From Thermoproteus sp. (lineage in GTDB: Archaea; Thermoproteota; Thermoprotei; Thermoproteales; Thermoproteaceae): a DNA stretch of 64,000 nucleotides. Shown one piece after another: positions 17,645 to 27,766 of this stretch. The translations under genes were made by a program, and so were the position numbers. The notes under the pieces are model-generated. The model saw only the letters and a list, made by a program, of their open reading frames with translations. It did no database searches and was not told the origin of the DNA. Within the stretch, counting starts at the first letter, position 1, and the number at the start of each line of letters is the position of its first letter. The stretch covers positions 31,188 through 95,187 of the forward strand of contig JBMFIG010000003.1 of assembly GCA_049976425.1 (NCBI GenBank), in the 5' to 3' direction.

Positions 17645-19837
17645 GTGTATAATAGATTATATTTGATAATAATATTAATAACGCTGATTGGAGCCCTTAT
17701 CGCGTCCGCGGATACAAATCCGATCGTCGTCGATGCAGAGAACTATGTATTTGTAAAGGTGGATGGGCTGTCCGCCTTCCCTTACTACTGGGACGGCGGT
17801 AGATACGTCCCAGCCCCCGTGGTGTATTTTGTAAGGTTTGTAAACGCGTCGTGGGCCGAGATCTGGCACGGCGGCAAGCCGTTGGAAGTCGCGGCGCCTG
17901 TGGCCGAGGGGCCCTACGTGGCCGTGCCGCTGGCGGCCTTAGGCAAGCCTGGGCCGCCCAGGGGAATCCCCGTGGATACCCCAAGGGGGAGGGCGTGGCT
18001 GTATTTCTCGAAATCGCCGTCGCAGGAGGGCCTCCCGCCCTACGGCCTTGTGCTGTACCTCAACGCAACCGCCGACCCGCCCGGGCGCTATAGAGGCAGA
18101 GACGTGGTCGTAGTCGGTCTTAGGACCGAGACAGTCGGCGGGCCTAGGTTCGCCGCGCCGATCTCCGCGTTTGATACATATCTATTCGCTCTGGAGACCT
18201 ACCCGGTGACCGTAGGCGGCTGGTGGTCCGCCGTGAGTCCGAAGAACGCGACTGGCATAGGCCAGTCGGGCTATGCGTTGAGCGCCGCCTCCAAGGCGTA
18301 TCTGGGGTACCGAGTGCGCTATGTGTATCTAGCGGTGGCGGGCCCCGGCGCGTATTCAGCCCGCCTGGACATATATGCAAGCGACACCCCGTCGACCAAC
18401 CCGCCGTATGTAGCCACGATAGGCCCCTCCACAGCCTACTCCACGGATGTAGGCGCGGTCTTCGCCTTCGACGTCTCCAGCTACGGCGGCAAGTATCTGT
18501 GGGCAACGCCCTATATCTACTCCTACTCCGCCCCGCAGACGGTGAGGGCGGCGCTCTCGGCGGACTACTCCAGGCCGTCCGCCGGCGATCCCAACTGGGG
18601 CAGCCTCGTGTTCGAGTGGCGTAGCGTCTTCGCCGACGGCTACTCCTCGACCCTATACACAGGCGTCGAGAGGCTTTTGTTCACCGTGGAGATCCCGCAG
18701 GGAAGCTCGGCGCCGCGCCTACATATAGACAAGATACGCGTGGTCAACTGCGCCGGGGCGAGCCAGATCGTGAGGATATACGTAGGCGGGAGGCAGGTGT
18801 ATCAGCAGACCGTCCAAGCCAGCTCATACGGAACTTGTGGGGTGTTCGAAATCGCCGGCGTGGACGTGCCGGCGCCGGCCGCCTTGGATTACGCGAGGTT
18901 TAACACAAGCTATGTGCCGATAATGCTGGAGTTCGACCCGCAACTGGCCGGCTATGCGGGGACCAGCCCGGTCGTGGAGATACAGGGCGGATACCTCTAC
19001 GGGTACAGATGGCCCCAGATATGGAGGGAGAGCGCCGTGAATTTTATAAAAAATAGAAAAATACTAAATACACTAGTAATAGATATTCCATATGTATTAG
19101 GTAATGTATACTACTTTAATCTATGGAATAAATATTCTACAAAAATAAATGAAAGCTCCGCGGGTCTGCTAGGCAAGTTCATAGTCGAGACGTCATCGCC
19201 CGTGGCGGGGGGAATAACTGGCGGAACGGTGGAGCGGATCGCTGTCAGCGTCCAGTATGTCGGGTTTAAATACGGCACGATAAGTCCGTGGTGGCGATAT
19301 GTATGCGTAGCCAGAAACGGATTTTCCGAGCAGGCGATATATGTGTCGGGTCCCGGGTCGCAACAAGGCTGGGGTTTCTGGACCTCCGTAGTGCACGGCT
19401 CCTACTGGATAGCCAACACAATACTTACATTTATCCAGACTATAAAGAACGTGCCAAGTTGGGTCGGGCTAGTTCTATGGTCGGCAGGCGAGCTCGTGAG
19501 CAAGATCTTCCCGTCTCAGTCGAGCTGTACCATAGGAAGCTACACCGGACTCTACTACGACAGCGGATTTTCCTCCAGCATAGTAGCGGCCCACTACAAC
19601 ACCACGTTGGTGGGACAACCCACATCACGTCTCTCGGCTAGCACGGCCGATTTCGCGGTCTACGTATATGTCGTGAGGGACATCTCCAGCCAACAGGATT
19701 ACGGCTACTACACCGTCTACGGCAAGCTCAAGGCGCTCGCCATAGGGTATGACGCAGTCGGCGGCTGGTTCGACGGGCCCTTCGAGCCCTACGAGAACGA
19801 CGGCGGGATAATGGTGAGGATCGGGCCTTGGCCGTGA
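17645..19837 (+). CDS. large secreted/surface protein of unknown function (~730 aa)
   Basis: Signal peptide MYNRLYLIIILITLIGALIASA; Tyr/Val/Ser-rich beta-type composition; start chosen from TTTAAA at 17618 (ORF track starts at 17606). Confidence 0.75.
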   Translation: MYNRLYLIIILITLIGALIASADTNPIVVDAENYVFVKVDGLSAFPYYWDGGRYVPAPVVYFVRFVNASWAEIWHGGKPLEVAAPVAEGPYVAVPLAALGKPGPPRGIPVDTPRGRAWLYFSKSPSQEGLPPYGLVLYLNATADPPGRYRGRDVVVVGLRTETVGGPRFAAPISAFDTYLFALETYPVTVGGWWSAVSPKNATGIGQSGYALSAASKAYLGYRVRYVYLAVAGPGAYSARLDIYASDTPSTNPPYVATIGPSTAYSTDVGAVFAFDVSSYGGKYLWATPYIYSYSAPQTVRAALSADYSRPSAGDPNWGSLVFEWRSVFADGYSSTLYTGVERLLFTVEIPQGSSAPRLHIDKIRVVNCAGASQIVRIYVGGRQVYQQTVQASSYGTCGVFEIAGVDVPAPAALDYARFNTSYVPIMLEFDPQLAGYAGTSPVVEIQGGYLYGYRWPQIWRESAVNFIKNRKILNTLVIDIPYVLGNVYYFNLWNKYSTKINESSAGLLGKFIVETSSPVAGGITGGTVERIAVSVQYVGFKYGTISPWWRYVCVARNGFSEQAIYVSGPGSQQGWGFWTSVVHGSYWIANTILTFIQTIKNVPSWVGLVLWSAGELVSKIFPSQSSCTIGSYTGLYYDSGFSSSIVAAHYNTTLVGQPTSRLSASTADFAVYVYVVRDISSQQDYGYYTVYGKLKALAIGYDAVGGWFDGPFEPYENDGGIMVRIGPWP

Positions 19838-20394
19838 GGCGCCCCTTGGCGTTGGCCAGATACGCGCTGTTCCTCGGCGGCGTCCCCATACTCCTTCTGC
19901 TTAAGGTCGTACGGCTCGATCTCGCGGCCCTTGCGCTGGTTCCGCTGTCCGCGTACATATACGGCGTCTCCGCCGCGGCGGCCGCCCAGCTCGGCTTCCG
20001 GAGGTTCTGGATACCCATGGCCTTCGCCGCCTCTGCCCTGCTCTGCGCCCAGTTGCCGTGGTACGCCGCGTTGATACCCATCTTCGTATTCTCGGCGTCA
20101 TTGGCCTTCTTCGCGGCCGTCTGGCCCGCCTTGCTTTTCGGGAGGTGGAGGTTGCCCTTCGCGGCGCTCCTGACGGTGCTGTCCCTGCTGTTCTCAGCGC
20201 CCGTCCTTGCGGTGCCTCTCGGCTACGGCTTGCTCATCCCGCCGCCGCTCGCGCAGTACCTAGGCGAGGACCCCCTCTACACGCGCTACAACTGGATAAG
20301 GTACGTCATGGACATGTCGGCCTACAGCCTCGCCCTATACGTCACGAGGAAGATAGCGGAGAGGCGCGGGGCCGAGGGGAGACGGGCTCCGTAG
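19828..20394 (+). CDS. multi-pass membrane protein of unknown function
   Basis: About 6 hydrophobic segments; overlaps the stop of the secreted-protein gene. Confidence 0.7.
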   Translation: MAVRRPLALARYALFLGGVPILLLLKVVRLDLAALALVPLSAYIYGVSAAAAAQLGFRRFWIPMAFAASALLCAQLPWYAALIPIFVFSASLAFFAAVWPALLFGRWRLPFAALLTVLSLLFSAPVLAVPLGYGLLIPPPLAQYLGEDPLYTRYNWIRYVMDMSAYSLALYVTRKIAERRGAEGRRAP

Positions 20395-20407
20395 AGATCC
20401 GCCTGCC

Positions 20408-20428
20408 TCGTCGCGCCGCCGCGACGAC
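20408..20428. terminator. hairpin between convergent genes
   Basis: TCGTCGCG-CCGC-CGCGACGA inverted repeat in the 67-nt convergent gap; terminator role unproven. Confidence 0.3.
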
Positions 20429-20461
20429 GCGCGGAGAGCGGCCGGGTTCCGTAGACCGCCG

Positions 20462-21916
20462 TCAGGCCTTGGCGGAGCCCAGATACCGCAAGATGCCGTG
20501 GGCGGCCAGCACGCCGGTCGCCGCGGCCACGTTTATGCCTCTGGAGAGCCCGGCGCCGTCGCCGGCCACGAAGAGCCCCGGCACCGTCGTCATGAGGTTT
20601 GCGTCAACGGCGGGCCTCGCCGAGTAGAACTTTATCTCGGGCGCGTATATGAGGGTCTGGGGGCTCGCGACGCCGGGGGCCAGCTCGTCGAGCCTCTTCA
20701 GCCCCTCGATGATGTCCTCCACGACGCGGTGGGGGAGGGCCAGCGAGATGTCGCCGGGCGTCACGTCCTTGAGGGTGGGGGATATGCTGGATCTCCTTAT
20801 CCTCTCCCAAGTGGATCTCTGCCCCCTTTCCAGGTCGTAGAGGCGCTGGATGAGGGGCTTGCCGCCTCCCAGCTTCGTCGCCAGCCTGGCTATGGACTTG
20901 CCGTACTCTATAGTGTCCTCCATGGGGTCGGTGAGCCTCAGAGTGACGAGGAAGGCGAAGTTAGTGTTGTCGCTCTTCTTCTCCAGATAGGCCTCGCCGT
21001 TCACCCCGACAGTCCCGTCCGAGTACACCTCCTTCACCACAAAGCCGCGGGGGTTTGTGCAGAAGGTCCTCACCTTGTCGTCGTATTTCGACGTGTAGAG
21101 GATGACCTTGGGGTCGTGCACCGCGTCAGTCAGCGGCCTCATGACCTGATAGGGCACCTCGACCCTGACCCCTATATCTATGGGGCCGAAGTCGAGCCTG
21201 GCCCCCAGCCGCTTCAGCTGGGAGACCAGCCACTCGGCCCCTCCCCTCCCGGGAGCCAGCAGGACGGCCGGGGCCTCGAAGACCCCTCTGTTGGTCTTCA
21301 CCACGAACCCGCCCCCGCTCCTCTCCACCGTCAGGGCCCAGGTGGAGGTGTGGAGAGAGACGCCGCGGTCCTCTAGATACTGCGTCATGGCCTCGACGAC
21401 CTTGCGCGACCCGTCGGTGCCCAGATGCCTCTGCCTTATGGGCACGATCCTCGCGTTCACCTTGGCGGCGATGGACGAGAGCTTCTCTATGGCCTCCATG
21501 TTAGGCTCGTAGACGCCGCCAGGCGCGCCGAACTTGACGAAGACCGAGTCGACGTAGTTTATGAGGCCCATGGCCTTGTCCCAATCGCCCACCAGCTCGT
21601 GGAGGTCGCCCCCCACGTCGGGCCGCAGATTTATGAGGCCGGAGCTCAAGGTCCCGGCGCCCCCGACGCCGTACATTATATGGCAGGGCACGCAGAACGT
21701 GCACCTCTCCATGGGCGTCTGCAGAGGACATACCCTCTGCGACGCGCGGAGCCCTCCGTCGAGGAGAGCCACCTTGAGGCCGCCCGCCTCGGCCAGCTCG
21801 TAGGCGGCGAACATGCCGGCGGGCCCCGCCCCGACTATGACCACGTCGAACTTCCCCACGTAGGCGTCGAGCGTCTTGAGGCGGGAGAGGTACTGCCCTA
21901 TCACCGCACCCACCAT
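20462..21916 (-). CDS. FAD-dependent oxidoreductase (COG2509-like)
   Basis: GAGPAG dinucleotide motif, Cys cluster [46 protein letters not shown]. Confidence 0.85.
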   Translation of the reverse strand: MVGAVIGQYLSRLKTLDAYVGKFDVVIVGAGPAGMFAAYELAEAGGLKVALLDGGLRASQRVCPLQTPMERCTFCVPCHIMYGVGGAGTLSSGLINLRPDVGGDLHELVGDWDKAMGLINYVDSVFVKFGAPGGVYEPNMEAIEKLSSIAAKVNARIVPIRQRHLGTDGSRKVVEAMTQYLEDRGVSLHTSTWALTVERSGGGFVVKTNRGVFEAPAVLLAPGRGGAEWLVSQLKRLGARLDFGPIDIGVRVEVPYQVMRPLTDAVHDPKVILYTSKYDDKVRTFCTNPRGFVVKEVYSDGTVGVNGEAYLEKKSDNTNFAFLVTLRLTDPMEDTIEYGKSIARLATKLGGGKPLIQRLYDLERGQRSTWERIRRSSISPTLKDVTPGDISLALPHRVVEDIIEGLKRLDELAPGVASPQTLIYAPEIKFYSARPAVDANLMTTVPGLFVAGDGAGLSRGINVAAATGVLAAHGILRYLGSAKA

Positions 21917-22179
21917 GATGGTGCTTAAAAACATGCCGCCGGAAACGGTACAGGGGAAGTAGCGGGCCGACAACACCAGAGACAGATCCTCCGGCGCTCC
22001 GGCCTTAATTTAAACATATGATTAAAAACATGCCGTATCTGGATTATTAATCCGGCGAATTGTTTAAGTATATAATGTATATAGGCCGCCTTTGGCCATC
22101 TACGTATCAGCATCGCCAATGCGGGTTAGGCCTAGTGTATCAATACAGACGCTTCCGGCTAGGATTTGGCCCGCTCGGC

Positions 22180-23184
22180 CTATAGAAGCCCCTTCGCTTT
22201 GCGTAGATCCACCATGTGTTCGGCCTCCGGCCCCGTGCCCAGCAGAGTGACGGGCTTCCCGAGCTCCGCCTCCACCTGGTCGACCCACTTCCTGGCCTCC
22301 GCGGGGAGGTCCTCCCACCTCGTCTTCCCTGCGGCGTCCTTGAAGAGGGCGTCGAGCTTGGTTATGGCTATCTGCGTGGGCGAGTTGAGCAGGACGGCCC
22401 TCCTCGCGAGCTCTAGGTTGAACGGGGCGGCTCTCCTAGGCCTGCCGGTCACCGCGCCTCTCTCGACCCACCCCCTCCTTTCCGCCTCCTCGGGCGGGAG
22501 CTCCCCGGGGAGAGGCCCGTTGCCCACCCTCGTCACGAAGGACTTGAAGACCAGCACCACCTCGTCGACGTCCTTGGGCCCGACCCCGGCCTCGCTGGCT
22601 ATGCCGGAGGCCGTCGTGTCTCTGCTGGTGACGTAGGGGTAGGTGCCGTGGTAGAGCGAGAGGAAGGTGCCCTGGGTCCCCTCGACGATAACGCCGCGGT
22701 TTTTGTGCTCCCGCACCATCGCGGGGACGTCGGCCAGATAGGGCTTGAGCGCGTCGAACTCCTTCGCCAGCTTGAGTCTGCGCAGGACTCTGTCCACCAT
22801 GGCGGCCCCGACGCCCTGCCCCGTGGAGCCCACAGTCTTCATGAGGAACTCGTCGCTCCTCTCCCGCTCCACGTGGGCCTCCTCGATCACGCCCGTGTTG
22901 AAGTCGACGAAGCTCCTCCCCCGGCCGAATCTGCCCGCCTCCGAGAGGAAGACGTCGATCTTGATCAAGGCCCCGGGCGCCACCGCCAGCTTGGACTCCT
23001 GGTTGACGAAACAGGCGGGCAGGCTCCGCAACACGGCGACCTCCCCCCTCCAGACGACGGTATGCCCGGCGTTCGGGGCGCCGGTCCTCACGCAGAGCGA
23101 CGGCTTGTCGGCCGCGGCGAGGTATGCGACTACCTTTCCCTTGCCCGTATCGCCGAAAAACCCGTCGACCACTATATACAGCAT
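22180..23184 (-). CDS. purA: adenylosuccinate synthetase
   Basis: GDTGKGK, NAGHT, GSTGQG.G, EGTQG, GTYPYVTS, G.VTGRPRR and TKLD motifs. Confidence 0.95.
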   Translation of the reverse strand: MLYIVVDGFFGDTGKGKVVAYLAAADKPSLCVRTGAPNAGHTVVWRGEVAVLRSLPACFVNQESKLAVAPGALIKIDVFLSEAGRFGRGRSFVDFNTGVIEEAHVERERSDEFLMKTVGSTGQGVGAAMVDRVLRRLKLAKEFDALKPYLADVPAMVREHKNRGVIVEGTQGTFLSLYHGTYPYVTSRDTTASGIASEAGVGPKDVDEVVLVFKSFVTRVGNGPLPGELPPEEAERRGWVERGAVTGRPRRAAPFNLELARRAVLLNSPTQIAITKLDALFKDAAGKTRWEDLPAEARKWVDQVEAELGKPVTLLGTGPEAEHMVDLRKAKGLL

Positions 23185-23294
23185 ATGTCAGACATCAGCC
23201 CCACTTTTAAACACAGCCGTTCCAGACGCCTCATCGCGGCCGCAGGCGAAGATCCCACAAGATCTGGCGCCGTCTGGGACGGACTTAGGCGAGC

Positions 23295-23705
23295 CTACGG
23301 CGGCGCGTCGCGGCTTATCACGTCGACGCCCGACCTGGCGGCCGCCTCGGCTTGTCTCTCGTCCAGTGTCAGCAACGGGGCCTTCCGCCTCAGCGCTTGG
23401 GCTATGTACAATGCGTCGTACACAGTGATGCGGAGGTCGAGCGCCAGCCTAAACGCGTCGGGGAGGTAGGCTGCCTCGGGCTCCAGCTCTATATTCCTCT
23501 CGACCAGCGATAGGAGGATCTCCAAGAGCTTTAAGGCCGCGCCCCTATCCACGAGGCCCCTCATATGGGCTTTCCAGACCGCATTGGCCGCCTCCTTCAC
23601 AACCAGATCCACCGAAGTCGACCTGGCTATATACCTCGAAATCGTTCTCCAACCCGGCTCTTTCAAGAGGAAGGCGGATAGGGCAGACGCGTCAACGACT
23701 ATCAC
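23295..23705 (-). CDS. vapC: VapC PIN-domain toxin
   Basis: VVDASA, KE.ANA.WK, ITVYDALY and LLTLD motifs. Confidence 0.9.
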   Translation of the reverse strand: MIVVDASALSAFLLKEPGWRTISRYIARSTSVDLVVKEAANAVWKAHMRGLVDRGAALKLLEILLSLVERNIELEPEAAYLPDAFRLALDLRITVYDALYIAQALRRKAPLLTLDERQAEAAARSGVDVISRDAPP

Positions 23706-23922
23706 GATCCTCCCTTACGGAGCTGGCGGAGAAGCCCCGAGGCGCCTCGACCGGGATCGCCTCGAGCTCCCTCAGCACCCGCTCCATGTTCTCCTCAGCC
23801 TCCAACTGCCTGATCCTCTCCTCGACGAACTTCCTCAACTCCTCGGCCCAATTCACCCTATCCTTGTATCTGGCCATCTTCTCCTTGACCTCGCGCCGCA
23901 CCTTGAAGCTCACCACAGCCAC
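23692..23922 (-). CDS. vapB: VapB-type RHH antitoxin
   Basis: VVSFKV..EVKEKM....VNW.EE.R; 'VREDRD' tail overlapping vapC. Confidence 0.85.
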   Translation of the reverse strand: MAVVSFKVRREVKEKMARYKDRVNWAEELRKFVEERIRQLEAEENMERVLRELEAIPVEAPRGFSASSVREDRDSR

Positions 23923-23925
23923 GGC

Positions 23926-23985
23926 AGTCTAGGTCTACTTAAATATAAACTTATCGGTCTACCCACAACCGCGGTGCAGGTCTAC
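23926..23985 (-). promoter_or_regulatory. vapBC promoter with three GGTCTAC/GTAGACC repeats
   Basis: GGTCTAC at 23932, 23956 and 23979 flanking the TTTATATTTAA TATA box. Confidence 0.5.
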
Positions 23986-25205
23986 CGTGGGCAAGCCTCC
24001 AACGCAAGCGCCGATTCTATCAACTCCCTCACCGGCCAGTTGCGCGGCAGCTCGCCGCCCCCTCCCTCGGCCCTGGCAACCCTATACGCCTCGGCCCTCC
24101 GCATGCCCTTCCTGACCAGCTCCAACATGCGGAACTCGCTGGTTATCTGGGGCAGGGCGGCCTCCAGGTTGCGCCTGACCCTCTCCTCGTCGACGCGGAG
24201 GGTCCTCAGAACGCGGGCTGTCGTGGCCAGTATCTCGTCCACGGCCAGCAGGGCCTCGGGTATCCAGACCCTCTCGTTGGCCGAGTTGGTCAAGTCGCGC
24301 TCGTGCCAGAGGGCGATGTTCTCGTGGGCGACCACCAGGAGGGATCTGACGTACCGCGCGAGGCTCACCACCCTCTCGCTGTTGGTGGGGTTGGCCTTGT
24401 GGGGCATCGCCGACGATCCCCCGCCCACCGTCTCGAACACCTCGCCTATCTCGGGCCGCGAGAGCTCCCTCACCTCAGTCGCCAGCCTCTCGGCGAAGCC
24501 CGCCAAGAGAGCCAACGCCGAGGCGAGGAAGGCGAACGACTCCCTGGGGGCGACCTGGGTGGAGATTGGGTGGAACGGCACGCCGAGCCTCCTCGACACG
24601 GCCTCCCTCAGCTTGAGGCCTAGCGGCCCCCAAGACGCCATGGTGCCCACGGCTCCGCCCAGCTTCCCCCTCACGTGCTCCTCGGCGGCGTAGAGCGCCC
24701 TACAGGCTATGTAGAGTTCGTAGTAGTAGTTGGCGAACTTGAAGCCCAAGGTGATCGGCTCGGCCCACTGGCCGTGGGTCCTCCCCACCGCCGGGAGGTC
24801 GGCGTATTTCAGCGCCAGCCTCCTCAACTCCTCGGCGACGGCGCGGCCTCTCTCCCTAATCGCCCCGAGCGCCCTCCTTATCAAGAGAGCCCAGGCTGTG
24901 TCTATCACGTCGTTCGAGGTGGCGCCGTAGTGGACGAAGCGGCACCCGCTCCTCTCCTCGAGGAGCTGGACCAACGCAAGCACGTCGTGCCTCAGCTCCC
25001 TCTCCAGCCTGTAGACCTCCTCGGCCGAGACGGACGCGCGCGACGCCGCCTCGCAACACCCCTTCTCGGCCACGCCCAGCTCCTCCAAGGCGCAGACCAA
25101 GGCCCTCTCGACCTCGAGATACACATCGACGATCGACTGCCTGGAGAACAGCCTGCGGAGCTCCTCCGAGCCGTACCGCCAGTCGAAAGGAGATATGGGC
25201 TCCAT
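23982..25205 (-). CDS. purB: adenylosuccinate lyase
   Basis: SP.D.RY, HDV, HYGATSND, GRTHGQ, GGAVGT, GSSAMPHK.NP and HERDL motifs. Confidence 0.95.
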   Translation of the reverse strand: MEPISPFDWRYGSEELRRLFSRQSIVDVYLEVERALVCALEELGVAEKGCCEAASRASVSAEEVYRLERELRHDVLALVQLLEERSGCRFVHYGATSNDVIDTAWALLIRRALGAIRERGRAVAEELRRLALKYADLPAVGRTHGQWAEPITLGFKFANYYYELYIACRALYAAEEHVRGKLGGAVGTMASWGPLGLKLREAVSRRLGVPFHPISTQVAPRESFAFLASALALLAGFAERLATEVRELSRPEIGEVFETVGGGSSAMPHKANPTNSERVVSLARYVRSLLVVAHENIALWHERDLTNSANERVWIPEALLAVDEILATTARVLRTLRVDEERVRRNLEAALPQITSEFRMLELVRKGMRRAEAYRVARAEGGGGELPRNWPVRELIESALALEACPR

Positions 25206-25304
25206 ACAGTACAGCCTCCCTAAAAATATTTGGGGACCCGTCGGCTGGCTCTAGACGCGGCTCTACGGCGAGCAATACCTAAAACCCTCCGGGATTAAGC
25301 TCCC

Positions 25305-26198
25305 GTGTGTATTGATGCGGTGAGGGCCTATTCGCCCGAGTCCGAGAAGGCCGCCAGGAGGCTGGGGATAAGGCTCAGCGACGACGCAGACTTCGTCTTG
25401 GTCTACGGCGCCGACCGCGAGATATTGGAGGCGTTGAGGGGCAGGGACGAGGTGGTTGTGGGCATATCGCCGAGGGGCGTAGACGCCGAGCTGGCCTTCG
25501 CCTCGGAGGATCTCTACCCCTTGGTGGCCTCCCGGGCCGAATGCACCGTGGTCAAGATCCCCAGACTACACGCCGAGTCCGGCGGGTCTTTAGTGAGGGC
25601 GGTCAACGAGGTGGCTATATTCCCCAGGAGATCGGCTGCCTTGACCTCCTACAGAGTCAGCGTGGACGGCCGGATCCTCTTCAGCGACGTCGCCGACGGG
25701 GTGTTGGTGTCGACGCCGCTCGGCTCCTCCGCCTACGCCAGATCGGCTGGGGGCTCCGTGATAGATCTGGAGGCGGAGGTCCTGGAGATAGTGTCGGTGA
25801 ACTCGACCGCCAGGAGGCCGCCCTACATAGTCCCCCTGGGCAAGAGGATAGAGATATCCGACGTGAGGTCCAGATTCCTGCCCGAGCTGATCGCCGACGG
25901 CCGCGTGAGGATCCCGCTCGCCGACGGGAGGGCCGTCGTGTGGGCGGGCTCCACGGCTAGGTTGTTGAGGCCCGTCGTGGCCAGGAGGGAGGCCGAGCCG
26001 GCCGGGAGGCTCTCGCCCTCCATGAGGTACGTCCTCAAGACCCTCGAGGAGAGGGGCCCCCTCACGTCTAGGTCAATAGCCGAGTTCACCGGTCTGCCCC
26101 TAAGGACCGTCGAATACGCCCTAAACGCGTTGAGGAAGGCCGGCCTGGTCGAGGCGAAGATAGTCGGCGGCTTGAGGGTCTACTCGGTCAAGCCCTAG
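25305..26198 (+). CDS. NAD-kinase-like domain fused to a C-terminal winged HTH
   Basis: NEV and DG..VSTP.GS.AY..SAGG NadK motifs; GGDGT degenerate (YGADREIL); C-terminal 'LSPS..YVLK.LE..GPLT...IAE.TGLP.RTVEYAL..L...GLV'. Confidence 0.8.
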   Translation: MCIDAVRAYSPESEKAARRLGIRLSDDADFVLVYGADREILEALRGRDEVVVGISPRGVDAELAFASEDLYPLVASRAECTVVKIPRLHAESGGSLVRAVNEVAIFPRRSAALTSYRVSVDGRILFSDVADGVLVSTPLGSSAYARSAGGSVIDLEAEVLEIVSVNSTARRPPYIVPLGKRIEISDVRSRFLPELIADGRVRIPLADGRAVVWAGSTARLLRPVVARREAEPAGRLSPSMRYVLKTLEERGPLTSRSIAEFTGLPLRTVEYALNALRKAGLVEAKIVGGLRVYSVKP

Positions 26199-27075
26199 AG
26201 TAGTACCCGCACATGGGGCAGTAGCCGTCCCTCAGCCTGTACCCGCACACGGGACACGGCGACTCCCTATCCCTCTCGTAGGTCAAGCCCCTCTCCCTAA
26301 ACGCCTTGTAGAGGTACTTCGCCGCCCCCTGGACGGGTATATCGGCGGAGTAGCCCTCTGCCCTGCGCGCCAGGACGTCGTAGAGGGCCGAGAAGCCGCT
26401 GCCGACCTCTATGGGGTCCTTCCGCCTCCACACCACCGAGTCGGGCAGAAGGCCTTGGAACTGCCTCCTCACGACGTATTTCCCCACGCCGCCCTTCACC
26501 TTCTCCTCGGCGGGTACGGATAGGGCGTACCGAACCACCTCGGGGTCCAGATAGGGGGCGGCGACCTCGACGCCGAGCGCCTTCCCCACGTCGAAGGCGC
26601 AGAAGTACCACCTGCCCTCGGCCAGCCTGCGGATATACTCGTCGAGCTCCCTCGGCCCCATCCTCTGCATGTATTCGTACCCAGCGAAGAGCTCGTCGCC
26701 CCCGTCGCCGGTGCATATCCTCCTCACGCCCATCTCGGCGGCGGCCCTCATGCTGACGTACGCGGCGGCGCAGTTGACGACCTCCATGGGGTTGAAGACC
26801 TTGAGGATGCCCACCACCTCCTCCGCCGCCTTCACGGCCTCCTCCTCGCCCACCCAGCTGACGACTACCCTCAGCCGCAGAGCCCTCGCCACCTCCATGA
26901 GGTGCGGCCCGTCGGAACCCGGCGCCGGGGCGTACTGCGTGTTGAAACCCACCGGCTTTATGCCGGCCTTGGTCAAGGCCCAGGCCACCGTGGCCGAGTC
27001 GAGGCCGCCGGACAGCAAGACGCCGTCGCAACGCGCCCGCGAAGCGGCCGCCGCCAGGAGCTCGGGGAGGCTCAT
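26188..27075 (-). CDS. asparagine-synthetase-like PP-loop domain with C-terminal zinc ribbon (no glutaminase domain)
   Basis: LLSGGLDS, TGDGGDELFAGY, PYLD, K...R, R.K motifs; CPVCG...CPMCG tail. Confidence 0.8.
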   Translation of the reverse strand: MSLPELLAAAASRARCDGVLLSGGLDSATVAWALTKAGIKPVGFNTQYAPAPGSDGPHLMEVARALRLRVVVSWVGEEEAVKAAEEVVGILKVFNPMEVVNCAAAYVSMRAAAEMGVRRICTGDGGDELFAGYEYMQRMGPRELDEYIRRLAEGRWYFCAFDVGKALGVEVAAPYLDPEVVRYALSVPAEEKVKGGVGKYVVRRQFQGLLPDSVVWRRKDPIEVGSGFSALYDVLARRAEGYSADIPVQGAAKYLYKAFRERGLTYERDRESPCPVCGYRLRDGYCPMCGYYSRA

Positions 27076-27674
27076 AGGTGGGCTATATAGTAGTCGCCGT
27101 ATCTCCTCACCTCGCGGCATCTGTAGGCTATGCCCTTGCCCCCCACCTTGACGACCAGAGTGTGGTACTCGCCGCGCTCCCCTATGGGGTCCACCCCCAA
27201 CGCCCTCGTCTTGGCGAGGAACGCCTCGGCGTTGTCGCGGCTCACGAAATCGCAGACCAGGTCGGCGACGTTGGCGCCTATGACGAGGAAGTCCAGAGCC
27301 CCGGCCTCCCTCAACAACAGCTCGCCGGGGTCAAGGCCCCAGAGCGGCTCCCTCAGCCTAGCCCCGGCCTCGCCGGCCAGCCGCTCCATGTAGCGCAGAT
27401 GGTCCTCGACGGCTTGGTCCCCCGCCACGAGCTCCGAGACGCCGAGCTTCCTCAGAAAGGCGGCTTCCTGCTCGAACTCGCGGCCTTTGTCGACCCTGAG
27501 TATCGCCAGAGGGATCCCCATCGCGGCGGCCAGCTCGACGACCTTGTGGAGGTTCAGCAGATGCGGCGACGGCCTGGGGAAATCGTAGATGAACGTGATG
27601 AATATATCGACCGGCCACTCCAGCAACGCGGCGTAGACGCTGTCCTTTCCCCCCGAGAACAGAGCGGCCTTCAC
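27072..27674 (-). CDS. DUF71/Dph6-like PP-loop ATPase
   Basis: FSGGKDS, GD, EPLWG and DP.GE.GEYHTLV motifs. Confidence 0.85.
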   Translation of the reverse strand: MKAALFSGGKDSVYAALLEWPVDIFITFIYDFPRPSPHLLNLHKVVELAAAMGIPLAILRVDKGREFEQEAAFLRKLGVSELVAGDQAVEDHLRYMERLAGEAGARLREPLWGLDPGELLLREAGALDFLVIGANVADLVCDFVSRDNAEAFLAKTRALGVDPIGERGEYHTLVVKVGGKGIAYRCREVRRYGDYYIAHL

Positions 27675-27766
27675 GGGCCGTATAGGGCGGCTATTAAAAT
27701 ATTGGACGTTAATCCCGCAACCCAGCGCCGGGCGAAACTATTTAAAGCGGCCCCTATTGAGGGGCC

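Noticed and set aside
21980-22170. AT-rich spacer between purA and the FAD oxidoreductase
   Set aside because: Contains TATA-like boxes but no ORF or RNA structure I can support.
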